A stretch of DNA of 63,182 nt, the filler included, from Octopus bimaculoides (Eukaryota): assembly GCF_001194135.2 (NCBI RefSeq). It is 4 parts of 4 records of this genome, joined end to end, with 100 filler letters (N's around TTAATTAATTAA, not from the genome) between each part and the next. Parts side by side here need not be neighbours in the genome. Positions count along the whole stretch, not along the records: positions 34,231 to 51,956 come from NC_068981.1; positions 52,057 to 63,182 come from NC_068987.1; 2 more parts are not named here. One strand, 5' to 3'. The notes under the pieces were generated by a model, which was given only the letters and a program-made list of their open reading frames with translations, did no database searches and had not been told where the DNA came from. Shown in pieces: positions 39,751 to 52,128 of the stretch. Every line of letters starts with the position of its first letter. The stretch's first letter is position 1. A program made the position numbers and the translations under genes.

Positions 39751-42421
39751 TATATATAAGCGACAGACTTTTTTCATTTTCCGTGTACGAAATCCATTAA
39801 AAAGGCTTTGGTTGGCTCGTGACTATAGTAAAGGGCACTTGCTGAGGATGCCACGCAGTGAGGCTGAAACTACGCCAACCCGTAGCTATAAAATGTCGCG
39901 TAGTAAGACCGAAATAGGGTGCCTGTAGTTGAGAAACGAACTTCTTAAACATTCGGCCATACTACTCCTACTACCTTACAGTGTTCATTAATTAAACCGA
40001 CGAACCGTTCATCTCTAATCAGCAGATTTTGTCACCTTTATCGTTTCTGTTATCTTATCTCCGACTTCTACATTTCTTGACATCAGTTTAATCCAGTAAG
40101 CGACAGTAATCAAACTAGGTTTGAACTACAATCATAACGCATTTCTCCCCATTCCTTTCTTCATATCTTTCTTTCTTTCTATTGATATATCATGCCAAAT
40201 ATACCTTTAGTTTTCATTGCTGTTTTTTTTAAATTTGAGAACACTTTCTATGAATCGTTCTATCTATCTATCTGTCTGTCTATCTACCTATCTATTTATC
40301 TACCGATCTATCTGTTTACTTATCTGTCTATCTATCTATCTATCTATCTATTTGTCTACCAATATCTATCGGTGTATTTGTATACTTACCGGTCTGTCTA
40401 TCTTTCTTTCTAGCTACATGTATTGTCAAATAAATCTTAGTATTTGTGTTGCTTTCGTATTTCACTTTGGAGTTCTGTGTCACATTTTGTAACAAAACTA
40501 CTTTCGTTTTAGATACCGTACCCAACATCATAAAGAGGTATTTGATAATTACATTGTTAACGAAAACTTCAAGCCAATTTAAAGCAGGTGTTTTAAAACC
40601 GGAGTAACATAAAGGTACACGAGATTTAAAATAAAAACACTTGAATTAATCACAGCCAAGTGAACGCAATTTGTATGTCTATAAAAGGTGTAGGTAATCT
40701 TTTGCTCTTCCCATCCAAGGTCCCTTAGAATAAGGGTTTCCATCAACCAAAACCAAATTTTCGGCAAAGAGGGCTCTTTGAAACTAACATTAAATTCAAT
40801 TAAACTGATTTCTTAAAATAGGTACAAGGCTGGAATTTTGATATCAGGGAAAAGTCGATTATATCGATTCCATTTTTTTTACTCATACTTTATTTTTTTG
40901 ACGTCAGAAGGAAGGCAAAGATGACCTCGGCAGGATTTGATCTCTTGAAATGAAACTAGTAACAACAAAAAAGAAATGTCTAGTCTCTGTTCCATAATTT
41001 TCAAGCCATTTCTCCCGATATACATCGAACAGGGTACGCCAACTCTACTAGACACGATGAAGAGGTACACGGCAAGGAGTTTAAAAACCCTTTCTTTAAA
41101 TGAACGTGTGTTTGTGTATGTGTGTGTGTATGTGCATGTGCGTGTGTGTGTGTAAATATGTGAGAGAGAGAGCGATAGGGAGAGAGCACAGGGTGTTGTT
41201 GCTGTTGTTGTTGTTGTTGTTGTTGTTCTCGTCGTCGTCGTCGTCGTCGTTGTCATTGTCATCATCGTTGTCGTCGATGATGATGATGATGATGATGACG
41301 CCAATGATGACGATGACGCGACAACGGGGTAGACTTCGACGACGAAGACTACGATGACAACGATAATGAAGATGATAAAGACGATGATGATGATGGTGGT
41401 GATGGTGACGATGACGACGACGGTCATACTTAGTGCTAGTGGTGGTTGGTTGGATTGGCAGTGGCAGTGAGGATGGTCATGGCGACAGTGTCGTCATAGA
41501 GTCGGAAGGAGGAGCTGATCGATTCTAGAAACTGTTGAGTGGTGTTGATGGAATTGCGAACGGTCGTCATGGCAACGACGCTGACAAGGTTCTTAACGGA
41601 AACTGGAGTAATTCAAGTATTGTGAGATGTATGTGTGTGTGCGTGTGTGTGTGCGTGTGTGTGTTTGTGTGTGTGTGCGTGTGTGTGTGCGTGTGTGTGT
41701 GCGTGTGTGCGTATGTATGTGCGAGTATACGTATGTGTACATATATGTCCATACATACATACAAATATATATATGCATATATAAATATATATAGGATTAT
41801 ATAAATATATATATACCTACATTTTAATCTATATATATATATTTATATATATATGTGTGTGTGTGCGTGNNNNNNNNNNNNNNNNNNNNNNNNNNNNNNN
41901 NNNNNNNNNNNNNNNNNNNNNNNNNNNNNNNNNNNNNNNNNNNNNNNNNNNNNNNNNNNNNNNNNNNNNNNNNNNNNNNNNNNNNNNNNNNNNNNNNNNN
42001 NNNNNNNNNNNNNNNNNNNNNNNNNNNNNNNNNNNNNNNNNNNNNNNNNNNNNNNNNNNNNNNNNNNNNNNNNNNNNNNNNNNNNNATATATATATATGT
42101 TTATATATAGCGCCTGCAAAAGTTTCGATATCTTCGTTCATTGCCGTTCCTTCCAGTTATCAGATTTGGATGTAATAATGAAAGCATTCTTGTCTCTTGT
42201 CACGAGACTATTCACGTCACGCAGAACGCTTTCCCATAAACCCTTTCTACAGTTTCATTCCATTGCTATTAGATCCAGCAGATTGCCTTCCAATTGCTTA
42301 CCCTAGCATTCATTTTCATGCATACACACGCACACACACACACACACATATAGATAGACAGAAAAAAACTGATAAAGGAGACAAACGCTCAAGATGTTGT
42401 GAGTATAGGTATATGCATGTG

Positions 42422-42459
<38 letters not shown>

Positions 42460-42886
42460 TATTTGTGGGTGTGTATATATGTAGATGTGTATATATGTAG
42501 ATGTGTATATATGTACATGCATACGTGTGTATATATACATATATATGCATTAGTAAATATATATGTATATGTATATACATGTTGCGTGTAAAATGTCTAT
42601 TTAATGAGCACTGATGAGATTGATGCATTACTGACTATTATTCACCCTGTCGGATGTATTTTGAATGCATCCATCGAAACATATGTAGAAGATATGAAGA
42701 TATATATGATTTAATAACATCTTGAGCATTTGTCTCTTTTTGAATTTTTCCTATTTTCCTCCTAAATACGTCTCGCTTATCCCCGGAATCAAATCCCACA
42801 CAAGTGTGACCATTATTTCCTAGGACACTTAAGCAACATTGTAATTCTTCCCCTGAATATTTCCTATAAATTGTACACTCATAGAT

Positions 42887-43260
<374 letters not shown>

Positions 43261-43839
43261 TATATAACTATGACGCCTCTATCCCTTGTATGTATATTTT
43301 TATATATCTATGTATGTACGTGTATGTGCGTAAGTATATGTATATATGTATACACACATATATACATGTATATATAGGTACATCGCACTATCGATGCACC
43401 TATTTACCTATCTGTCTATCATTCTATCTCCNNNNNNNNNNNNNNNNNNNNNNNNNNNNNNNNNNNNNNNNNNNNNNNNNNNNNNNNNNNNNNNNNNNNN
43501 NNNNNNNNNNNNNNNNNNNNNNNNNNNNNNNNNNNNNNNNNNNNNNNNNNNNNNNNNNNNNNNNNNNNNNNNNNNNNNNNNNNNNNNNNNNNNNNNNNNN
43601 NNNNNNNNNNNNNNNNNNNNNNNNNNNNNNNNNNNNNNNNNNNNNNNNNNNNNNNNNNNNNNNNNNNNNNNNNNNNNNNNNNNNNNNNNNNNNNNNNNNN
43701 NNNNNNNNNNNCTCTTTCAGTAGATTGATAAATATTCTTATAAAAATGAAAATAACTCGTTCAGAAAAACTGAACTCCCGAAGGATGTTATCCAACCGTT
43801 CAATGAACTTCAAATAAATTCTCTTAATATTAAGAACAC

Positions 43840-44055
43840 AGAAGGCGGCGAGCCGGCCGAAATGCTTAGCGGCCTTTCGTCTGCCGTTACGTTCCGAGTT
43901 CGAATTCCGCCGAGGTCGAATTTGCATTTCATCCTTTCGGGGTCGATTAAATAAGTACCAGTTACGCACTGGGGTCGATGTAATCGACTTAATCCCTTTG
44001 TCTGTCCTTGTTTGTCCCCTCTATGTTTAGTCCCTTGTGGGCAATAAAGAGATAA
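43840..44055 (+). mobile_element. tRNA-derived SINE with Nin/Deu-like domain (family B), near full length
   Basis: B box GAGTTCGAATTCC, then ttgcatttcatcctttcggggtcgattaaataagtaccag. Fragments also occur at ~33825, 33945(-), 40810(-), 48345(-), 50950 and 63080(-). Confidence 0.85.
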
Positions 44056-44231
44056 ATAATAATACAGACGGCGTTGCAATGGCAGAATCGTTAGAGCGTT
44101 GTACGAAATACTTCTCCCGGCTATAAACGTTGTGGGTTCAAGTGTAGCTGACGTCAACGTCGAATTTTTGTTTTAATCCCCCATCCTTCAGGAGACGGAT
44201 ACCATATATGCTCTACGTACTGGCTCTGCAG

Positions 44232-44345
44232 TGGAAGGCGCGTGGCCTAGTGGTTAGGGTATTGCACTCACGATCGTGGTTCGATTCCCGGACAGGATGG
44301 AGCGTTGCATTCTTGAGCAAAACCTTTCATTTCACGTTGCTCTGG
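44232..44345 (+). mobile_element. tRNA-derived SINE head with CORE-like segment (family D)
   Basis: A box TGGCCTAGTGG and B box GGTTCGATTCC, then gcgttgcattcttgagcaaaac. Homologues at 51445-51650 and 59350-59605(-). Confidence 0.8.
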
Positions 44346-44710
44346 CTTTATGATGTATCTTCCAGCTCTTTGCACTCTGAGTTCGTATCACGCCTGCCTG
44401 GATAAGGCAACGGATAGCACTGCTGTTCCAGTCATCTATCCAACAGTGGCAGAAAAGGATACGCCCCCACTATGGACAGTGCAAATAGTGCTGGAGAAGG
44501 TTAACAGGACTTGCTCAAGAGCAGAGCACTACAAGACTAGACTGGATCTGTTCCAAAATACGATGCTATACGAAAGCTCAACCATGGGGCCGCACAAAAA
44601 ATGTGATGCGACCCAATGTTGAGTATATTCGTTTAATGTACATACACAATATATGTACACACACACACACACACATATATATACAGTATATACATACATT
44701 ATATATTGCA

Positions 44711-44743
<33 letters not shown>

Positions 44744-44767
44744 ACATACATATATACGCATGCATAT

Positions 44768-45172
44768 TCTTTTATTCTTTTGTTTCAGTCATCTGACTGC
44801 GGCCATGCTGGAGCATCGCCTTTAGTCGAACAAATCGACTCCAGGACTTATTCTTTCTAAGCCTAAGTACTTATACTATCGGTCTCTTTAGCTGAACCAC
44901 TAGGTTGCGCGGACATAAACACACCAGCATCGGAGGGGGGGGGCAAACACAAGACACACAAACACACACACACACACACATACACACATATATGTACAAG
45001 AAGCTCGTTATATATAACGAGCTTCTTTCAGTTTCCGACTACCAAACCCACTCACAAGGCTTTGATGGGCCCGAGGCTATAGTAAAGGATACTTGCCCAA
45101 AGTGCCACGTAGTGGGACTGAACCCAGAGCCATGTGGTTGGTAAGCAAGCCACTTACCACACACCCACTGCT
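44768..45172 (-). mobile_element. Complete bipartite tRNA-SINE (family C): head, internal microsatellite, 3' module
   Basis: Head at ~45000-45172, (CA)n/(TA) tract at ~44945-44995, and 3' module at 44768-44945, all colinear. Confidence 0.88.
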
Positions 45173-46173
45173 GTGTCTATATATGTATATNNNNNNNNNN
45201 NNNNNNNNNNNNNNNNNNNNNNNNNNNNNNNNNNNNNNNNNNNNNNNNNNNNNNNNNNNNNNNNNNNNNNNNNNNNNNNNNNNNNNNNNNNNNNNNNNNN
45301 NNNNNNNNNNNNNNNNNNNNNNNNNNNNNNNNNNNNNNNNNNNNNNNNNNNNNNNNNNNNNNNNNNNNNNNNNNNNNNNNNNNNNNNNNNNNNNNNNNNN
45401 NNNNNNNNNNNNNNNNNNNNNNNNNNNNNNNNNNNNNNNNNNNNNNNNNNNNNNNNNNNNNNNNNNNNNNNNNNNNNNNNNNNNNNNNNNNNNNNNNNNN
45501 NNNNNNNNNNNNNNNNNNNNNNNNNNNNNNNNNNNNNNNNNNNNNNNNNNNNNNNNNNNNNNNNNNNNNNNNNNNNNNNNNNNNNNNNNNNNNNNNNNNN
45601 NNNNNNNNNNNNNNNNNNNNNNNNNNNNNNNNNNNNNNNNNNNNNNNNNNNNNNNNNNNNNNNNNNNNNNNNNNNNNNNNNNNNNNNNNNNNNNNNNNNN
45701 NNNNNNNNNNNNNNNNNNNNNNNNNNNNNNNNNNNNNNNNNNNNNNNNNNNNNNNNNNNNNNNNNNNNNNNNNNNNNNNNNNNNNNNNNNNNNNNNNNNN
45801 NNNNNNNNNNNNNNNNNNNNNNNNNNNNNNNNNNNNNNNNNNNNNNNNNNNNNNNNNNNNNNNNNNNNNNNNNNNNNNNNNNNNNNNNNNNNNNNNNNNN
45901 NNNNNNNNNNNNNNNNNNNNNNNNNNNNNNNNNNNNNNNNNNNNNNNNNNNNNNNNNNNNNNNNNNNNNNNNNNNNNNNNNNNNNNNNNNNNNNNNNNNN
46001 NNNNNNNNNNNNNNNNNNNNNNNNNNNNNNNNNNNNNNNNNNNNNNNNNNNNNNNNNNNNNNNNNNNNNNNNNNNNNNNNNNNNNNNNNNNNNNNNNNNN
46101 NNNNNTGTGATCTACTGACAGACAGACAGACAGGCAGACAGGTAAGCAGGCAGGCAAACAGGTAGACAGGCAA

Positions 46174-46247
<74 letters not shown>

Positions 46248-46299
46248 GTGTGTGTGTGTGCGTGCGTGTGTGTGTTTGTGCGTTTGTGTCTGTGTGTCT

Positions 46300-46490
46300 G
46301 TTCGTCCGTCATCGCTTGTGTTTACGCTTGTGTTTACGTCCCCGTAACTTAGTGGTTTAGCAAAAGAAACCGATAGAATAAGTACCAAACTTACAAAGAA
46401 TAAGTCCTGGGGTCGATTTGCTCGACTAAAAGGCGGTGCTCCAGCATGGCCGCAGTCAAATGCCTGAAACAACTAAAAAGAATAAAAGAA
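46300..46490 (+). mobile_element. 3' module of bipartite SINE (family C)
   Basis: gtttacgtccccgtaacttag..gaataagtcctggggtcgatttgctcgactaaaaggcggtgctccagcatggccgcagtcaaatg. Confidence 0.88.
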
Positions 46491-48344
46491 AAGAATCTCT
46501 GTGTGTGTGTGTGTGTGTGTGCTTACGTGTGTGTGTATATGTACTGACTTTTCTATATCATCGTTTTAGAAGATATTTGAAATAGTTCAAGCAAATCCCT
46601 TTGTCATTTAATTCGTTACACACTCGTTCTGCAGCCGAATAAATGAACTCCCACTGACACTTCCCTATTAAAACTGACAGACATTGATTTCAATTACTTT
46701 TGTTTTCTCATCTTTATTTACATTTTCTCTCCAATTTTTTATGGACGAAGATGGCAAAGGCAACGAAGGCGAGGCTGGGACATTTCTATCTTAGACTTTG
46801 TTGATTTCCTACTTAAGTGGCTGATAGTTTTTCCACAGCTGACACCATTGCTGAATTATCTTACCACGCACCCTCTCTTTTTCTTTCTATATTTTTTTTC
46901 TTGTGACATGTTTACAAGATGTCCTATTGGACAGTAAATAGAGGCCTGATCTCTCTGTCTCCCTCTCTCTGTACTCAATACAAAATTAGAAAATGTTGGT
47001 TAGGTGAAGACATATATCCAGCCCAAGAATATAATTCCTGGTTCTTGTTCCATCAACATATGTAATTAATAATGACAGAAGAACAAGAAATCCAGTCATG
47101 TGACTTCAGTTTGATTTAGACCATCCCACGAAGAAAACGTATCAAACTATACAATAAATAAGATGGAGACGATATTTACGTGTGATAACTGACTGGATCT
47201 AACAATACATTTAGATTCTTGTCATCCATTTCGATCCTAAACTAATGATTAAATTAGTTAATTAATTTCTATAGGTTTTAGTGATGCAAACAAGAAAAAC
47301 AGAACTCAAAACATGAATGTGTATACACACACACATATATACACACACACACACACATATATATATGTATATATATATATGTGTGNNNNNNNNNNNNNNN
47401 NNNNNNNNNNNNNNNNNNNNNNNNNNNNNNNNNNNNNNNNNNNNNNNNNNNNNNNNNNNNNNNNNNNNNNNNNNNNNNNNNNNNNATTCTCAGACTACCG
47501 TCTTCCGGCCGTTGTACAATCTGGGCATCTTCAGGTATTTCACGCATTTTGTAACCACAAAATTTTGTTCCAATCCCTTTATTAAATTCATGATGGCAGA
47601 GAGTTAATGCTCTCATTCCACTATCCAACCCAGTGACATTCTAAGAGTAATTCTTAAATATAACAACTAAGATAAAGACGATTATCCAAATATAATGATA
47701 GATAATTCCTCCATTCTGAAATTTAGGCTAGATTCCGAACATCCGAAAATTCCCAAAATTCCAAAAATTCCAAACGTTTATAAACATCACTTAAGTATGT
47801 TGTATTTATTTATTCTGTACAAAAAAAAAGCAACATTGTTGAGTTTACCTTCTTTTTCTACTTCTAGATTAATTAATTTTACTATATTTTTCATTAAATT
47901 TCTGTTTATTTTATACTTCTTTTCATTAAAAGAAACTTATTTAGTAAACCTTGAAGAGATCTGAGCAAAAGAAATACACAATTAATATTAGAATATTAAC
48001 ACTGTATCGAAATATCAATATGGCAAATCCATCGTGGGTTATTATATCGTGATAAATACATCGCCGGAAATTTTATCACCGCATAATACCTCATTTGTAG
48101 ATCCATATTCATGCCAAACACGTTGTCAGCAAATAAGTTTCATTTTTTTTTTAATATCCTGAGCAGAAACATCGCCAAACCTTATCAATTGTGTAATAGA
48201 ACCTTTAAAAAGGAACAATTCCATCCTGTAGCCTGATAACCTTTAGAAATCTTGAAAAAGGAATAACGAAGAAGTGAAATAATGATCGAAAATCTAAGGT
48301 TGGCTGTGGACGGAAAATAAGCCGGGGCGAAACAGCAACAACAA

Positions 48345-48535
48345 CGATGTAATATTGGTTTCGAATGTTGGTACAAGGCCAGCAATTTCGGAGGAGGGGT
48401 AAGTCGGTTACATTTACTCCAGTACTTAACTGGTACTTGTTTTGTCGACCTCGAAAGAATGAAAGGCAAAAGTCGACCTCAGCGGAATTTAGACTCAGAA
48501 CGTAAAGACGGACGAAATGCCGCTAAGCATTTCGT
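48345..48535 (-). mobile_element. Nin/Deu-like tRNA-SINE (family B)
   Basis: Reverse-complement homology to 43840-44000, including a perfect 12-bp hairpin cggacgaaatgc/gcatttcgtccg. Confidence 0.8.
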
Positions 48536-48642
48536 CCGCTGCCTAGCAATGATGTAACATTGCTATCTCGAACAGCCAAAGAGACTGAGCAACATTTGTA
48601 CAGAAGGACGTATGCAATCATATACGTACCTCTGTTTCCATC

Positions 48643-48969
48643 GTTGTTGTTGGCATTCCGTCGCTTACGACGTCGAGAGTTCCAGTTGATCCGATCAACG
48701 GAACAGCCTGCTCGTGAAATTAACGTGCAAGTGGCTGAGCACTCCACAGACACGTGTACCCTTAGCGTAGTTCTCGGGGATATTCAGCGTGACACAGTAT
48801 GACAAGGTTGACCCTTTGAATTACAGGCACAACAGAAACAGGAAGCAAAAGTGAGAGAAAGTTGTAGTGAAAGAGTACAGTAGGGTTCGCCACCATCCCC
48901 TGCCAGAGCCTCGTGGAGCTTTAGGTGTTTTCGCTCAATAAACACTCACAACGCCTGGTCTGGGAATTG
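48643..48969 (-). mobile_element. Young tRNA-SINE (family A), 5' end lost in a 10-N gap
   Basis: Highly similar to 35361-35690, with a (caa)n-type tail at 48643. Confidence 0.9.
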
Positions 48970-49959
48970 NNNNNNNNNNGACGGACGAAATGCCGCTAAG
49001 CATTTCGTCCGCTGCCTAGCAATGATGTAACATTGCTATCTCGAACAGCCAAAGAGACTGAGCAACATTTGTACAGAAGGACGTATGCAATCATATACGT
49101 ACCTCTGTTTCCATCATAAAACATTCAACTCTCGCCGGTTCAATTTTGCAGTAACCTTGACAACGAAGGTTTTTTCCTCTTTACGTAAAGGTTTCAAAGA
49201 TGAGTCAGCAAAGGGGAGTTACAACTGTATCAAAATCTCCAAGCGGTTAAAATGCACGTCTCTGTGGCTAAAAGGTCTCACAAGAAGAACACCTAGGAGT
49301 CATGACCTGAATGTGGCCCTGCCCCGCTAAGAATGCAAGAAGTTAAGGACCGAGACTCTTGCCCGAAGGGTTTTCCTTTCTGAAGATCCTCTGCTACACA
49401 GCTGTCTTGAGAGTGTCTTGCCTCTCCTACGGTACACATTTCCTACAAGACAGATACAGGCAGCAAAATTGAAATACAAATACCCTAACAATTTTTTTAC
49501 GTTTAGCCCTGTTGTAACGAACACCACTGAGATTGTTTTGGGTTCTATGACATAAACTTCATGATTTAAAGCGATATAACTTTAAACCTTCCACCAAAAT
49601 TTCTTGTTAATTCATAATCCAGATAATAATAAAATTAATAATTACCAAGAGCAAACCTCTGCCAAGGCAACACCGACGTCCTCTCAACGATTGGCCAGAG
49701 ATGATTTTTAAAATGAGAATATCTGAAATGAACTCGACTGCTCTCACAAATGAGAATACTAAAAATGAACCCGACCGCTCTCAAAAATTTAGTAAAAAAC
49801 AGGAAAAATAATCCAGAATCCTTGTCCGGCACCTCCACAATAGAAGATAACTCGAACTGAGACACGAGGCCACATATTTATTGAGGAAGGAGACAGCCGA
49901 TCACATGAACATCAGGACTTAACAGGTAAGTATTTTATGGATCCTGGGAAGATAGAAGA

Positions 49960-50560
49960 GGTCAAAGATGGCCTCAATGGGATTTGAACTCAAAACGCAA
50001 AGAAACAGTAGTGAGTACATTGTTGCATGCTGTATGGTGCTCCACCGATTCTGTATAAACTTTTATGGTCTCTTGGATGATAAAAAAGGCCCACAGTTGG
50101 TCTCAGTTGAATTTGAACTCAAAACGTAAAGGAAACATTAATAAGTACACTGTTGTATGCTTTCTGGTGCTCCACCGATTCTATATAAACTTTTTATGGG
50201 CTCTTGAATGAAAAAAAGGGGATCAAAATCGGCCTCAATGGGATTTGAACTCAAAACGTAAAGAAACGTTAATAAGTACACTGTTGTATGCTGTCTGGTG
50301 CTCCACTGCTTCTATATAAGCTTTTATGGACTATTGAATGAAAAAAAAAAGGATCAAAGTCGACCTCAGACGGATTTGAACTCAGAACGTAAAGAAACGC
50401 TGCTAAATGCACTGTTGCACATTGCCTGATGCTCCGCCGATCCTTCCCTGATGCGTTATGAACACTGAAGGATAAAAGGAGTCACAATCAACCTCATCAG
50501 GGTTTGAACGCAAGATGTTAAAGAATCGCGCCTAAGTGCTGCAATTTAATTTGTCTGACG
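49960..50560 (-). repeat. Tandem array of five ~130-bp units derived from the family B SINE head
   Basis: The tttgaac anchor occurs at 49983, 50112, 50244, 50375 and 50503 (periods 129, 132, 131, 128). Confidence 0.85.
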
Positions 50561-51956
50561 TTCTCCTGGTTCCATTGTCCACCAAATTGAAAAAGTAGAA
50601 ATAGAAACTTCTAATACAGACACACATGAACGTTACCAGGATTTCGGTCGGTTGGGTTCTCAAGTATTAAAAGCGATCCACTGTGGGTCAATATGCGAGA
50701 AACATGGAAGTAAGATGAATGTTAGACAATAACTATATTTGTATAGAGCTGCGGGGTAGGGGAGGTTAGAACCTATCGACCCCTCCCTCTCGTGTACGTG
50801 TGTACCTTATATCACATATTTAGAAACAAGTACAACCAAACATATCGACCTCCAGTACTCCTCAGGTACTTATTTCATTCACCATAGGACACGTAGTAAC
50901 GTCTCTAGGAAACCTTGGGTCCCGGTGAACTCTGGTAAGAAACGTGTGAAAGAATTGTGAGAAATACTTTGCGATGTTTATTCAGTTTCCAACGTTCCAA
51001 GTTGAAACCCGGTCGAGCTCAACTCTTCCTTTCATCCTTCCAGGATCAAGAAAGTATTTGCATTAGACCATGGAATGGCTCAGCCGTTAGGGCATCGGAT
51101 GATTCGGCCATTCAGCACGGCTCTTTTGCGTTGTAAGTTCAAATTTTAATTTGGCTCGCTTTGATTGTAGACTTAATCCATTGTTCTTTTTAATACCGCC
51201 ATCTGACCCCTTAGGAGCCATTAAGGGGTTATACTCTGGTGCAACTATTCGGGTAAGGTCCCCAGTTTCAGACTACCTGTCCTTCTTGCCATTGGTCTCA
51301 GAAGCTCTGTGCAGGGGCTTGGGTACGGGCTTCGTCTCTTGAGAAACGATATAAAAAAGAGACCCTAATGGGGTTTGAATTCAGAATTTAAAGGAACGCT
51401 AGTAAAAACCACAAACCATTTTCCATACCGTTCTAAAGATTCTGAAGGCACGTGGTCTAATGGTTAGGGTGTTGCACTCATGATCTTAGAATTACGGTTT
51501 CGATTCCCGGACCGGCGATGCGTTGTGTTGTTGAACAAACGACTTCATATCACATTGCTCCTGTCCACCCGGCTCCAAAATGAGTTCCACCAATAGCAGG
51601 AGGATAAACCCTGCAACGGACCAGTGACCTTTACAACTGAGAGTATTGGCAATCTCAGACATCAGATACGCCATAACAACTGAATTAAGTTCCGGCCTTA
51701 TAAAATCCCTGGACTCATTGCAAACTTAACCCTAAAGATTCTACCGATGCACGATTCTTTAATAACCAAAAACGATATCTCATGTTAAGATCGAGAACAT
51801 CACACAAAGATTATATAACAAGATATCATGCGCATGTCAATGAAGAGTGCATCGTTTAATACATTAAAGAAAAAATGTGTTTAAATTAGTTTTTTTTTTT
51901 TTTTGTATTCAACGTTGAAAATATCTTAAAGATGAAGAACTTATTTTCCTTTCATT

Positions 51957-52056
51957 NNNNNNNNNNNNNNNNNNNNNNNNNNNNNNNNNNNNNNNNNNNN
52001 TTAATTAATTAANNNNNNNNNNNNNNNNNNNNNNNNNNNNNNNNNNNNNNNNNNNN
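51957..52056. other. Artificial 100-bp scaffold linker N44-TTAATTAATTAA-N44
   Basis: Identical in structure to the other two linkers. Confidence 0.92.
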
Positions 52057-52058
52057 TA

Positions 52059-52128
52059 TATTTATATAAGGGCATTACTATACATAAATGTCTCATGCTA
52101 TTCATATAGTAATGCCCTTATATAAATA
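52059..52128. repeat. Perfect 24-bp inverted repeat with a 22-nt spacer
   Basis: tatttatataagggcattactata / tatagtaatgcccttatataaata. Confidence 0.9.

Noticed and set aside
40579-40790. 62-aa minus-strand ORF IWFWLMETLILRDLGWEEQK...
   Set aside because: No motif recognised and no clear splice sites. It lies among SINE fragments.
41563-41576. RFX X-box-like GTCGTCATGGCAAC
   Set aside because: Embedded in a degenerate GAC/GAT/GGT repeat that readily generates this pattern.
49960-50560. CRISPR-like array or true tRNA gene cluster
   Set aside because: Eukaryotic context and whole units are homologous, with no unique spacers. The units do not form tRNA cloverleaves and derive from a SINE head.
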